Positions 42,735 to 56,599 of a stretch of DNA of 64,000 nucleotides are shown here, piece by piece. The notes below the pieces were generated by a model, which was not told the DNA's origin, searched no databases, and worked only from the letters and a program-made list of their open reading frames with translations. Position numbers and translations under genes: made by a program. Within the stretch, counting starts at the first letter, position 1. Each line of letters begins with the position of its first letter. Source of the DNA: Eledone cirrhosa (taxonomy: Eukaryota); contig OZ024746.1 in the NCBI GenBank assembly GCA_964016885.1, positions 36,890,001 to 36,954,000 on the forward strand, in the 5' to 3' direction.

Positions 42735-43599
42735 GAATTGAAATATGTTTCGTTAAACCTCAGGCTTCCTCTAATAATCAGCCCCCCGACCTTTTTTCTC
42801 CCTTAATATCTGACTTTCTATAGCTCACTTTTCAATCCTGTCCATCAAGCCATTTTCTCAACGGTGTGACAAATACATTTCCTATCATAACGGTATAACA
42901 AACGTAAGAAACCAATTAAAGTCTTAACTGTGACCCAACACTGCTAATCCACACTTCGTTTAGCGGCCTTTACCATTTACTCCGTTCTACCCATGTCATT
43001 TAAGTGAAATTGGGTTCAGGCAAACTGTTTTTTGGAATGTTGTGGGATGGACTGTAACAATAATGCAAAGCCGTTTCACCCACTTTGCACTGCTGAATCT
43101 CCCTGCGTTAAGGGAACACATATGTCTGTCAAATGAACAGTTTTCAGCTGAGGTTGTTCCTTTAGCCGATGATCTCGTATGTTTCCCGTCGAAACCGACG
43201 TTGCTACATAGTATGTGTGATGTATTGTACAATATGATCGAAAGACGAAGCTCGTAAATGGTCGCCAGACTAGATAGGAATGGCAGCCCAAGTCGCTAGG
43301 AGACTATTTTGGCAGCAAATATCGCATTTACAAATGCACCATTGCAGCCGCCTATAGTCAATTTTCATGTACCATACAATTCCATACTATTTTATTTCCT
43401 TAGATATATTACAATTTCGGGAGTGACTTACATGTAAATCGGACATGATATAAATTATAGAAGATAATTCTTGGCAGATTATGTCATTTTCAGAAAATTT
43501 CCAACCAATTGAACGTTGAATTTGCTAATATAACATATGTAAATAAAATATAAATATTGTAGAAAGATCATGGATAGCACTATCGACTTAATACATATA

Positions 43600-44090
43600 C
43601 CTCTATATATTTGCCTCTGGGTATAGTTAAAGTACACTCTCATGCTAAAAATTAGGCTATAAATTAAAACATATACATATGGAACTGCGAATGATTCCCA
43701 TAATAACAGCCAACTCTTTATCTATGGTACATTGTTCTTTTCGTGAGCTGGGCATGTATTAATGTTTCATGATATGAAATAGTTTCTATCTGATGGAAGC
43801 AAATCTGTGCTAGATAGGGAACACATATCAATATTCAATTTCGGAATGATATGCTATGTTCCTCTAACATTTGGATGATATCTCCCATGCAATCTGAATG
43901 TTCAGCAATTGTATTTATAGCATAGTATTTCTCTGCATATTCGTTTTGTTGCTATTTTATATGAGCAATATTTATAGCTCATATTACATTGTTTTCTTAT
44001 CGTTCTTATCAATCTTATTGCTCTCTATATCTCTTCTAATCTTTCCTTCACACAGACTGTGTATCTATATCTATCTACCGAACTATCTCT

Positions 44091-44186
<96 letters not shown>

Positions 44187-46130
44187 CATATACTGACATT
44201 TGTATGTTTATTCATCTCTTTCTTTACTCATCACCAATATCTCCAAATTGTGCACGTGCTCTTCCACTTTATATGCAGATTTCAATGTTTCGTTTTCAAG
44301 GTCTCATTAATTCTTTCTTTCTTTCGCAGGAACTGCACCTCCACCCCTACGCAAAATGTTTATATTATCGTTCTTGAATATTAATGGACTTATATTTTTG
44401 TTAGCGTATAACATTTTCTGGATACGCTCCACCCCCTATCTCTCTCTATCACACACGCCCACACACATCCTTTCTCATTACTATGTCACACACTAGCATT
44501 GTCATACACAGCATATGTATATAACTATGCGTGTAACAATCCAACAATTGCAACTCTAAGGGAGGATATATCTGTAGAAATTGAGTCTTTCCAGCTCTAT
44601 GAGATGTTGCGACTAGAATGCGTGGATGACTGATTGCATGTTAAAGTAGTCATTTGAAATTTACATTTACAGTCATATATTTGCCGCTGAGATTCCGATA
44701 GACGAACCGAGACCTGAGAAATGGGCTGATAATGAGGACATGCACATACATATTTTTTATTATATTATATAACATCATAATATCATTTCGATAGTAAACA
44801 ATAAGCAAACCATCGTTGTTAGTTATAAAGCCTTCCAGTTCTTTCTTTCTTTTGCATTTTAGGTGGTAGGTCAGGCAATGGAAACCAACGTTAATTTTCT
44901 GAGAGTATTATCTTTGTGTGTGGCTTTGATTAGCAGAGATATTTGCGATTCTCGTACGTGTGTCTAGTTGGGAAATATTTGCTTTAATGTGTTATTTCAG
45001 CATGCAAACTATTCCTCTGTAGGAGTCAGCATGGCTGAATACACCAGCAACACTTCCAAACAGTATTTGTGGATATACACATGAAATATATTCCTACACT
45101 TGAAAATGTTCTGCAAGATGTTGATGAAAGTTTTCAATCTGCGCTTTATGCGTGCAAGTCAAAATCTATAGTTGATGCACCAAAAGGAATATGAAGATAC
45201 TTGCTTGATTCCCTCCGAATAGTTCTAATTAAAAGCTGATCAATTAAGGATTTACCACAGGTATTGGTAGTTTGGAAGCTAAATCAACATTCATCTATAT
45301 TCATGTGAATACCGTTTTTTGTAAAGCTATTAACATATCTTGTCGATCTCCATCCAACACACTTGAGCCCTCTCTTTCTTCCATTATCATCATTCCATCT
45401 TGGATTTTTTTAAATGAGAAATCATTTACCGGAGGATTTGTGGCAAACTCGAGCGCATGACTTCATTTATCTTTCTTAAGGCATTTTGGGAATTGTCATT
45501 TATTGTATAATATAAATAAACACATATCTAATTTTCACATCTCACAATACAACTACCATATTTGAATGTCGTATACTTTTCTATATATATATTCAACAAA
45601 TATTCTTCTTGCTGATTTTACAACAAAGCCTATGTATTGAGCAAGGTCGTTGTAGCAATATCCCCACTCATGACGTTCTCAGAGATGATCGTGTGTAAAG
45701 TTTGATATTGGAAATTTCCTCGTTCTAAATCCACTTTATTCTCATTGTCTGAGCATTAACAAATCAGTTTGATCACATTTCCTAAAACTTACTTACTCAG
45801 CGGTTCCCTAACGATAATATCCTTCAGGTAACATTCGCCATGTATAACATGTATGTTGTGTATTAACGTAGTTACTAAAAAAGTATGTCTGAATTGATTA
45901 TCCTTTGATTTTACTGTGTCCTATATACTGTCCAATGTTGAGTTTGTGCAGTCTCTTAGTTGAAAGGAAAGATTGTCTGCACTGCCTCGATTTCTATGAC
46001 ACCTGCTTTTAGTTTCAATAATATGTCCTGCTGTTACCGAAGATTTGTATTCCAGCACCTACACTATGCATGAGCATGTCATTTCTTTTCTAAAATTGTT
46101 GAAGATTGAAGATTACCGTAACTGAAAGTT
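43600..46130 (-). pseudogene. Decayed SF2 (RecQ-like) helicase gene with N-terminal extension and a probable intron
   Basis: Manual translation across frameshifts gives I LP.TCGKSLIDQL (45236-45270), Ia ASIFIFLLV (45178-45204), II IVCM.EI.H (about 44987-45012), III KPHTKIILSE (44897-44927), IV DGLLIVYYRNDI (44780-44815), V PRILVATS...DISSLRVAIVGL (44537-44625) and VI DIIQML (43865-43882) after an AG acceptor at about 43894. Confidence 0.55.
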
Positions 46131-47045
46131 TAGATATGGTAGGCTAATAACACAGTTAAACACTGTGACTATGCAACTGTAGCAGCATATATTTACGATA
46201 TTTTATTGAATACTTTGCGGTCTCTGTAATGAGGAAGGTATGTATTTTATTTTTAATAGTCAATGTTTGCCCAGTCTTTGGAGCCACTGGTATACCGAAC
46301 CATTGCAAAACTAAAGAAATAATTTGAGCTGAATCGTTAGTGAAAAACGTGTTGCGAAAATACGCATATGTTAAACAGAAATCAATAAAATGCTATTTAA
46401 AGATCTCACGATTCTTCCTCAATTCAGAACGTCAGGATACATTATGTTAGGCACTTCGTATAGAGCATGGAATGTAGAATATGTAACGGAACATTCATAA
46501 TTGATTTTTTTTAAATGGTCAAGAGACACTCACATATGAGTTCCCTATGATGTTGTATTTTGAATAATCCTTTAATATATCTAAGCGACTCTACGTTATA
46601 CTTTTAAGCTGCCTTTTAAAATCATTAATCGTTTATAATCATCCTCATTAATTGACAGCGTTATTGCATCACTAATCTCATTGCTGCAAGACAGGAAGGC
46701 ACTGTCAACTCTCATTAACACGTTGCCAGCTTATACAGCTTCTATAAAATGTCCCTAAATTGAAATACCTGCATTGTGTTAGGCGAAAATGTAGACAACT
46801 GAAATAACGTAATGATTTTTCTCCATACTGACAATCAGATGAAATGCTACAGTTTTCTCATGTACTTACTAGCGTATTTAGAACATTATTCATACTTATT
46901 TAGTCGTAGAGAACTGCCACATATTTGTATAAACCGTATATGTGATCTCATATACTCTAACCAATACAAATACCACAACGGCTGTATTTCCTTAATGTTA
47001 ACGAAGACGTAGTCATAGAGACTGTCAGACGAAACTAAAATTCTT

Positions 47046-47180
47046 GCGTTACGGCCCTTGCCATTCTCAGTTCAAATCCCGCCGAGGTTAACTTTGCCTT
47101 TCATCCTTACGGGGTCGATAAAATAAAGTACCAGCAATACACTGGGTTATTGCTGGTCTTGTGCCTAACGTAGAAATAGT
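47046..47180 (+). mobile_element. Nin/Deu-type SINE, 5'-truncated
   Basis: Consensus B-box and central domain. Confidence 0.9.
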
Positions 47181-49399
47181 TATTTAGATACTAGTAATTA
47201 ATGTTAATATCACTTAATATAACTAAAACAAATGTGTTCAGCCGGTTGTAAAGAATGAAAGGCAAATTTAACTGCGCTGAGATTCGGAACCGAAGCGCAG
47301 CGAATCGCAACAGAAACCACAAAATATTTGCTCCTCTACTCCAAAGATGTTGATAATCCAGGTAAATATATAATATGTTTCTTCTCTTAATCACCATTTC
47401 AAAATGTTATTGCTACGCATTTCTTTAAAGCTTTTAGTGCATGACTTCATGCTATATGTGTCTCAAAACAAATGTCACCCGTGTAGTGATAACGTCGGGC
47501 ATGCCCTCAGATTATGTAATGACATTTACATTAAGCCTTGCTTAATTTCTCAGGACATTATTATCGCATTTATCTTTAAAAGGAATTACTTCTATAACAA
47601 GAAGCAGTTCAATGATCATTTACACACAACCCACGCATAAAGAATGAGATACTAATACAAACATATTGATCTGATCAATATGATGGAAGCTATTGTCCCA
47701 AGTTTTAATTCCGAGAAGAAACATATCTTCCGAATTTTATATAAATCTGGGATATAACGTGTAAACCACAGACGCAAGGAGCATATGAACAACATAGCAC
47801 AAAAAACACTCCTGTAAACATGGGAATAGTCTGAGTTAGGTTTGACCTTTATCTCCCCCAACCTTGTGGGTGAGACTAGTATATGCTATTGTTATTTAAC
47901 GCAGGCGTTTACATATCTATTAAGGGATGTTATGTTTCGATTACTGCTGTTAATATATGAAAGTAATGTTACATTTCACCGCATCCATAGTATTAAGTTT
48001 CAAACGTATGCGTGTATTAAATGCTAGGGCAGATATAGCTAAGCTTCCGAAACAGTTCGTCATTTTTTCTGTTATATTTTCTTCCATTCATACCGCATCC
48101 ACTATACCACAACTGCCACAGCCATTGCGCTAGTAATTATCGTAGTTATCTACAAATAATTATCGTAGTTATCTACAAAAAAATTAATGATTATATTATT
48201 TCCATTAACTTTCTTATCCGTCTAGTTATCGTGTACTATTATTCATATATTTATAGGCAAAATGTTGGGAATTTTAAAGCAGCGTTGCCAACTTGGCTAT
48301 CAGGCAATATAATACTTTAGTAACGCATAATAGATGTTGGATTTGAACAAAAATATAAAGGAAATCACTAAATGCCTCATAATGAATTGCTCATCATTAT
48401 AATACTATTAATATTACTAAGTACTAATAATAACCAGAATCATCACAATGCAATTTAATTGTATGTGAATTAATAAACCAATGGTTATCTAGATATGATT
48501 GGCACCCACATATAAACTACGGGAACAATCTCTGCTAATTACACGTACCTGCGAAAATGCCAATAGAAAAATAATACAGCATTTCAAAATTCAGGAAACA
48601 ACGTAACTCTTACTAAATTTGATATGTTTTTTTCCAAGATAAATGATAATGTATTAATTATCGATAGAAAAATACCAAATAACAATGTTGTGTAAAACTG
48701 ATTTGAATGTATATGAAATTACAGCGTTGAAACTATAGAATTGAACCATTGAATCATAGTATTTATAATTTTTACAACTAAAATATTACACAAATACTTA
48801 AGAAAAAAATGCCAAACAAACAAACAATAACATATAAATAAGCACACTTCAGGTAGCAGTACTCATATTTGTAAATATTGCATAAAAGGAAATATTGGTG
48901 CATTTCTGAAAGCAAGAATAAATTAATATTTTAATATTAATGTAGATTGATTCTACTTCAAACAAGTACTTTTTCCTCATTCAATGTCTTGGAAAATAGA
49001 CATTGATACGCAACGTATTTCATTTAAAGTGAAGTGAGTTCTCTACAGATTTGAACGGAAAACTTACGGGAGAAATACAATCATTTGCAGTGTTTAATCC
49101 AACGTTCTAGAAGCTTGAATTAATACATTAAACTCAAAGATTTTATAAAAGTATTCATACTAAATTTTCATAATCCGTGACAAATCATTCCACGTCATCA
49201 TTATGTGTTCGGATTCATAGATCATTTCGTTATAATTAAATACGGATCATTAAAAAGTAGTAGAAATATTTGCATCAATATCTCATTAAAAATGATTTAC
49301 ACCGTTCTGCATAAAATATATTTTCTAATTTAGTGCAAGTTCATACATTTTCCAAGAGCATAATTAGACGCTATCTAATTTAGTGAACACGGAAGGATA

Positions 49400-50810
49400 A
49401 AATACAAACCAAATCTTGATCTGATTTTATCTGAGAATTTTACTGGATGTAACTAATATTTTTCGAAACATTGGCCTGGTTTTCTGCAGATTGTGTAGTT
49501 GATTTGTTAATTTTCAAATTACATGGCATTGACATTTGACGTGTAACATGCATCGCACTAACCTACCACCTTTAGATTCATATTAAGTATTTTATGTTAA
49601 GAAACTATAGTGTAGGGCGCTCATCATTCGTTGTAAGTTGCATCTACAGAAATATATGGCATTGCAATCGATCACTAGAAAATGATTAAGAATTGCCCAT
49701 TTATCGTATTTAGGTGTTCGACCGTAGTTTATATGGGCATATACCTATATTTGAAGTATGTGGTCATTATATTTACAATAAAACATTCGAAGGCAGTTTG
49801 AGCGCCGCTATACTAAATACCGACACTTTCAGAGTATCATCGATGATACAATTAAATTTGTGGATTCTGTGGTTGTTTGCTACTCACCTCAGTTTAGTTT
49901 CCTTTTCATCGTCTCCGCAGAATCATTCAGGTCGATATTACTACCAAACATATATCACCTCCCTTTTCTACTCTGGATCACCGATCAAATGGTTTTCAAA
50001 ACTGAACCCATGATACGTTAGTCAGGAGTTTGTACGGATAATATGTGTTACACATGCTATCACCACGCTGTTATTGTAGTTCCGGATATATACAGGGTTA
50101 CCAATCTAAGGATTGCTTTGTAATGTGGGTGTGCCGTGTGCTGTCATGAATATTTAACATCATGCCTTCTATTCCATTGAGATGACGTAGAACAACATAG
50201 CAAGCACATATCATACGTATGAAAAGTTATTTCCTATATTTCTGCCATAGTTCATAATTTAGTGCAGTGTAGACTTTGGTGATATACCGTAGGTTATCTT
50301 TTTGCTGCTACTACAACTTCTCCGGTATTTTTGCTGCTACAAGAAGTCCTTTCATTAATTTGCTTTAAACTCTTGGAAGAAGAGGTGATGAATTGATCAG
50401 TACCGTATTTATATCTCATGGGAAGGGTGCTGTCAATGTTTTTCCTGCCGTCATAACCAGTGATATCAATGCAGCATACTGGGCATACATTTGTTCAAAC
50501 TATTTGGAAAATACGAATTATTTATAATGAAAATGATCCCTTTCAGGAATGCTCTTTACGAAATCACTGTTCCCTCTCTGCTAACGTTCACTTCGGTTAC
50601 AAAACGCGATAGGTGTCGATATGTGGGGAACGCATTGAATAATTAAAGCATGTGACACCATGGAAAAGGATACATCCCCCCTGTCCTCCTCAGAAAAGTG
50701 TGAAATTAATACAACGTCAGAGGTCATATGAAATGAATGAGTGGCAACATCATTTTTCAGAGTGGAATCATTCATATCGTGATATCTCATGGTAATAATG
50801 TAAATCACAA
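49400..50810 (-). pseudogene. Decayed coding-like region, unknown product
   Basis: ORF 50581-50808 continues in frame past stops: QRGNSDFVKSIPERDHFHYK*...LRYITKVYTALNYELWQKYRK*LFIRMICACYVVLRHLNGIEGMMLNIHD... Confidence 0.3.
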
Positions 50811-52342
50811 ATCAGAGTCAGTAAATTATAAATTGTGAAGCATATTGCACAATATTGTATGGATAGGACATTATTGTATTTTTAAAAATGCGGAAACTTT
50901 ATTATTTGTAATTTAAATACAATAACATATATTTTAGAATGTCACTATATCTGGATATTATTTGCTGCGAATACACGCACCTTTCTATGTGTTATTGTGC
51001 ATATTAGTTGCAGGGGATTACGTATTCTGAATAAAAGGAATTACATGTGAACATGGTAATGTTTGGATAAACACTATTGACACGCTATGACAATAAGACG
51101 AAGAACCTTTTAATATATGGCAGTATAAATGAATGCTTCTATGTGTTATTTATAACATTCAAATGTGTATTGTGTTTTATCTGTTAAATCAATATTCTGA
51201 GCATTCTATTGTTCTATATATGTGAATTATTCAGATCATAACATACTGGTTATTGATCAAAGCATATACAATTATATTTGCATACGAGGTTGGAACATTA
51301 AGACATTGTATTAATATATTATACCTAAAACAACACACTACTGTTAAACACAAGGTTATTCAAAGATTAATAATTCGTAATCGTGATATGCCAACAATGT
51401 ACACATGTTGTAAAATGAAAAGAACCATACATAAATAATGGTATCGTAACATTCATGAGTAGTGTGTTCCATACACTCTCCTAATTTGAGACTGGTGAGA
51501 AAGTTCAGAAAATAACGTGTTAGCAAAATCCATAAAATTAATGCTATAAAACTACAGACGAAAAGGAAAAAAAAGTAACAAGACACTCAGGTTTTATTGC
51601 ATCAGTTTCTAGTCTGTACAATTTACAATTTTTTTTTTTTTATGGACCAAAGAACTGTCAGCCTCTTGGGTCTGTTGCGACATTTCAGATATACGTTTAT
51701 CTAGTAGGGTTGATACTCACCTACGTGTGCCTCCCATTGCCAATGTTCTAACGGTAGATTCCATTTAGTACGTGTCTTCTTAGCAATAATGTATACATAA
51801 GTGCATCAGATAAAGGGATCGAGATCATTGCCATCCTTTATTATCATTTATCATTTTGCAAACTACGTGACTGCTTTAAATTCTAAGCTGCCTAGTTAAT
51901 ACAATCACTATCAATATAATCGGCTTTATACTAAAAGACGCTATTTGGAGTGGATTAATTAAATATAATCTAAATTGAATTTCCATAAGACATCAACTCC
52001 CCAACTATAGATACGGCACGTACTCCGATTTGTGACAAATTATTTCTATAACTGAACAAGAATTACCTGGTATGAATGTCTGTCGAACACTGAGAAACTT
52101 TAGCTCAATTTTTTGATAGTTGGTCTTCCGAATAACCTTCATATTATTCCTTTTGGGGACATTGTATATGTGGCCACGGGCAGGATTATAATTGTTTCTT
52201 ATATTAAGGAGAAGAGCAAATAGATCTTACGTTACAAAATACTGTCGTATTGAATAAGATAGTGCTATAAGCAGCTCAGACACTAGATGGTGTACCTGAA
52301 CATGTTTCCATTTGATTAACTTCTTGGTGTGTTTACGTGACA

Positions 52343-52516
52343 AGGGCGGTGAATTGGCAGTATCAGTAGAGAGTCGGACGCCATGCTTTCCAGTATAGTT
52401 ACGTCCCTTTACGGTCTGATTCCAAATCCCGTCGAGGTTAACTTTGCCTTTCATCCTTACCGGGTCGATAAAATAAATAACCAGTAATGCACCGGGTAAT
52501 TCCTGGCTTTGTGCCA

Positions 52517-52547
<31 letters not shown>

Positions 52548-52597
52548 CTTCTTCTTCTTCTTCTTCTTCTTCTTCTTCTTCTTCTTCTTCTTCTTCT
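52343..52597 (+). mobile_element. Nin/Deu-type SINE ending in (CTT)n
   Basis: SINE consensus 52343-52517, followed by pure (CTT)n to 52597. Confidence 0.9.
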
Positions 52598-52599
52598 CA

Positions 52600-53575
52600 G
52601 CAATTCGCCAGAAAGGTGAAAAAGCATTATTTAGAATGTATAAATCACCAACTATGCATAGCAACATACGCAAGTTCTACCAAATGCATTTATTTCTGAA
52701 TGTCGCACAGTATCAACGCATTATATATATAATTGCACAGGTGTAAACTTGATACATCGATTTAAAATCAATTTTGTGACACTAGTAGCATGACCAGAAA
52801 AAAATCACCGCGCTATAAATTGATAGCTGGATATAAATCCTATTATCAAGATTTTGTAAAAAAGCAAGTTAACATTTTGGATCGCGATATTGAAAGGGTT
52901 ACTCAAATAATAAGAGTGTATTAGAAATCATGTAAAAATGTTTAAATTCTGTTATGTTTCAAATATTATTATACATACGAAAACTCAAAGAAAGTATAAA
53001 CAGTTACATATCATATCTTCTAAACTTGGAAATAAATGTCCAAACATTGAAGTGTCTTGTTCCTTCCATAATGGGGCAAGCATGGAGACAAATTTAGATG
53101 CGTAATATGCTAAATCACACATTTTATTTTTCCGAAAGCAAAATAAAGTGTGGATAAAGGATTATTAATGGTTTGCTTGCAGAATTCGCATTTATTCTAA
53201 TTACAATTAAATCAACAAAATATTCCATTATAATAAATTTCCCTAATCTCAATTTTTTCATCCAAAAGGCCGTAAGCCCGTAATTTTTTATCTAAATGAA
53301 ACCAGTATAAAAAGAAGAGTTTGCCATAAAATCATGGCTTTAGAATGCAGGGTAAAGATAGCAGCGTCATCAAAAATCATAAAATGGGTCTATCGTAAAT
53401 TGCAGGAAAATTTACGTCTATTCTTTTCTTTTTTCAAATTGTGCAATTAGAGACGTTCTCATGAGATATGGAATTCACCCGAAATTATTGGCTACTATGG
53501 TTGCACAAGTTTTCGTTGTAGGAGCTTCTACTCGTGTCGACACACATGGTTTCCTGAAAATCGAAGTATCGTAAT
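52600..53575 (+). pseudogene. Decayed coding-like region, unknown product
   Basis: Manual translation: AIRQKGEKALFRMYKSPTMHSNIRKFYQMHLFLNVAQYQRII..., KESINSYISYLLNLEINVQTLKCLVPSIMGQAW..., AIRDVLMRYGIHPKLLATMVAQVFVVG. Confidence 0.3.
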
Positions 53576-54979
53576 CGTAAAATATAATTGAGATGTGTTT
53601 TTTGCATGGTCTTAAATAAAAAAAAACAAAAAAAAAACAATATCTTTGTTTTAAAGCTTGCGTCAAAAATATGCATATAAAAGAAGGAATGTAAAATAAA
53701 CTCTCAATTACACAGTACAGTGAAAATAGTGTCTTACTTTAAAATTACGATGATTTGAAACACATTACATGTTTTTTCTGCAACAAATGTAAACGACAAA
53801 ATATTATTTTAGACTCACGGATCAAAGAAAAATCTAAGTATGATGTATAAGCCATAATAATAATAATTTCCTTTTTACACCGACACAGCTTACACCAAGG
53901 AAACATAAAATATAGCACAATATGATAAAATGTAAGGTTTGCGAGTAGAAAATGTTTAATAAAAGCAGCAATCATGTAAGTAACATTCAAAGAAAAAAAC
54001 TTAATCGCGACAGATTTCCAAAGAACGGTCAGTCTAACCGCTAGGGAAAGTGCCCCTCCCGCTCTTCGCCATCCGTAGCAATTACTTACCGACCTTTGTA
54101 GCCCAATCAAGAAGATGAACTGAAAAAATACATCTGTTGACCACACTTGGTCAAGGAGTCCCAGTGATGTCATATTCACGCATCAATAGTTATGGCATGA
54201 CCAGTCGGTCCTGTAGCGGGTGTTATCAGCAGATGGATAACAAGCGAGAGTATAATTACATTGCAGTCATAGATCAGTGCAAGTTACGATGTTTAGATGG
54301 TAGTAGTCGCTGTAGGACTACATGCATTCAACATATCCCCACGATTTTCCAAGAATAGCTTACTCTCGCTCCATTTCTACGCAAGAGTGGCCACCTTACT
54401 CGATACCTCTATCAGTACTCGACATAAAAGCTCACATCTCCAGATTGATTCCACACCAGTTATTCCTTCATTAGCTGCAGGATCGTTTCGTTTCAATTTC
54501 GGGTGATGCAATCAGTGTCCAACAAATTTCCACTTCGGAATCCATTCCGAGCTTGTTTCACGTGACATGAGCCTCTCGCCTCTGGATGCAACGGTCTGTC
54601 ACCTTTATATAACAAAAAATAAAAACAAAACATTATACCAGTGCTTTACAATGGTACGGTTTGAATATAAGGGCTAAAGCGCCCCCCAAATATGAGTCGT
54701 CCCTTCTTTGAGGCCAATACTGTCGTCGTATTTCCTCTTTGTAACAAACGATTGAATTGTGAGATGTCAACAAACTTACGAGAGCTTACAATAACTCGTC
54801 TGCACGAAACAATAACAACAACCACAATAACAATCACAACTATTATTATCATTATTGTGTTTATTATTATATTGATAGTAACAAACTTGTGTGTAATGAT
54901 GATATATGATATTGCCAATCATGATGATGAGGATGATGGTATTGTTGATGCTGGATGATGATTATTATGTTAAATGTAC

Positions 54980-55100
54980 TGATCTGAGTTCAAATCCCGC
55001 CGAGGTTGTCTTTGCCTTTCATCCTTAAGGGGTCGATAAAATAAAGTGCCAGTAATACACTGGTTAATTACTGGCCTTGTGCCGAACGTAGAAACAATTA
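54980..55100 (+). mobile_element. Nin/Deu-type SINE, 5'-truncated, within an (ATG/ATT)-rich tract
   Basis: Consensus B-box and central domain. Confidence 0.88.
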
Positions 55101-55369
55101 CATTAAAGGTACTATTGCATTTGATGATGAGGGTTATGATGATGATGGTTATGAGGATGATGAAGGCTATGATTAGAATATGGACGATGATATCGACAAT
55201 ATCGATAATGTGGATGCTGATTTCAATGCTGCGCTGGATCCTTGATAATATAAATGTAATAATAATAATAATACAGAAACATAGAAAACGCGTCAATAAT
55301 ATCAATATAAATACTACTACTAATTCTAATATTATAACAATAACTATAAAAAGAACAAGGCCTACCGGT

Positions 55370-56420
55370 TGTCACTTATATATTCGGTGTGTTGAACTGG
55401 AATATTAGTGAAATCAAAAGAATCAACACCACAGTCCGTAAGCTACTGACCTGTAATAGGATGCACCACCCAAAATCAGATGTGGATCGTCTTTACCTTC
55501 TTAGAACTCGAGGAGGCCGTAGCCTGATCCAATCTGAACTTGCTTACAAGACCACCATCATTGGACTGGCCAAATACCTTGAAACAACTAACGACTGTAT
55601 GCTGAACTTGTTGAAGAACATGAGAGATGTAAGAAGCAAAAGGGCAAAAGGGCAAGGACAATTAGCATCAAAATGGGAGCAGAAATCTCTGCACAGCAAT
55701 ATGTAGCAAACAAGCTGATGTTGACCAAAAGCATACCCATCTGTTGCTACGTAGTTCATGGTTAAAGGCGGAGAGTGAAGGCTTCATCTTAGCTGCCCAA
55801 GATCAAAACTTATTGACTCGTAATTACCAGGCCAATGTGATAAGAAACGGAATAAACCCAAAGTGCAATGCTGAGGTTGAAACAGTGGAACACTTAGTCT
55901 ATGTTTGTAATGTTTTAGCACCAGTAGAATACAAATATAGGCATGACAGAGTTGGCCAATATCTAAACTGGGTAACATGTCGCCATTACAAAATCAAAAC
56001 TGAGGACAAGTGGTACAATCATCACCTTGAGGATGTAACTGAAGGAGAAAAAGTAACAATTCTCTGGGACTTTCATGTACATACTGACAGAACCATAAGA
56101 GCAATTTAAACCTGAGATCATTGTAAATGATCAACAAGATCTGTTTATTGATAGATATGAGCATCCCATGTGATCACAATATCGCGGCAAAAGAATTTGG
56201 CAAGCTACGAAAATATAAATATCTGCATATTGAAATTGAGAAAACGTGGCATCTCAAGGCCGTTACAATACCAGTGATTCTGGGAGGACTGGGAATGATC
56301 AAGAAAGGAACAGAACAATATTTGCGAATGATTCCTGGTTTACCTTCTCTACACGAGGTGCAAAACATTGTTTTGACTGGTACTGCACACGTATTGAGAA
56401 GAGCACTAACTCTGTAAGAT
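55370..56420 (+). mobile_element. Dong/R4-clade RLE non-LTR retrotransposon, 3' portion (family 1)
   Basis: HPKSDVDRLYL..GGRSL, WLKAESEGFILAAQDQ, ETVEHLVYVC...YKYRHD, ILWDFHVHTDRTI, CLLIDMSIP and IPVILGGLG. Confidence 0.9.
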
Positions 56421-56599
56421 GGATATCCGCCCTTGTATATGCACATGTGTATATATGTATACCGTTTTTTTTTATTATAATCAATATGCTGTATGAAATG
56501 GCTTACCAATGCACACTGTGAATTTATTTGCCCTTGGTGTCAGGAAGACACTCAGCATATATCTCAGAAACAATAATGAAAGAAAATAAAAAAAGGTAA

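Noticed and set aside
44580-44625. ILVATSHRAGKT read as a Walker A motif
   Set aside because: Its position after motifs I-IV fits SF2 helicase motif V better. The GKT is probably a frameshift by-product.
47690-47735. VLIPRRN resembling the herpesvirus terminase Walker A (VPRRHGKT)
   Set aside because: GKT/S is missing, the following residues do not match, and no Walker B was found. Not usable as evidence of viral origin.
52227-52699. Poly-Lys and poly-Ser ORFs
   Set aside because: Both are readings of the (CTT)n tract plus SINE sequence.
53745-54179. 144-aa hydrophobic ORF as an intact membrane protein gene
   Set aside because: It crosses a likely GTAAGT donor into T-rich sequence, so the hydrophobicity is compositional. 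No family recognised.
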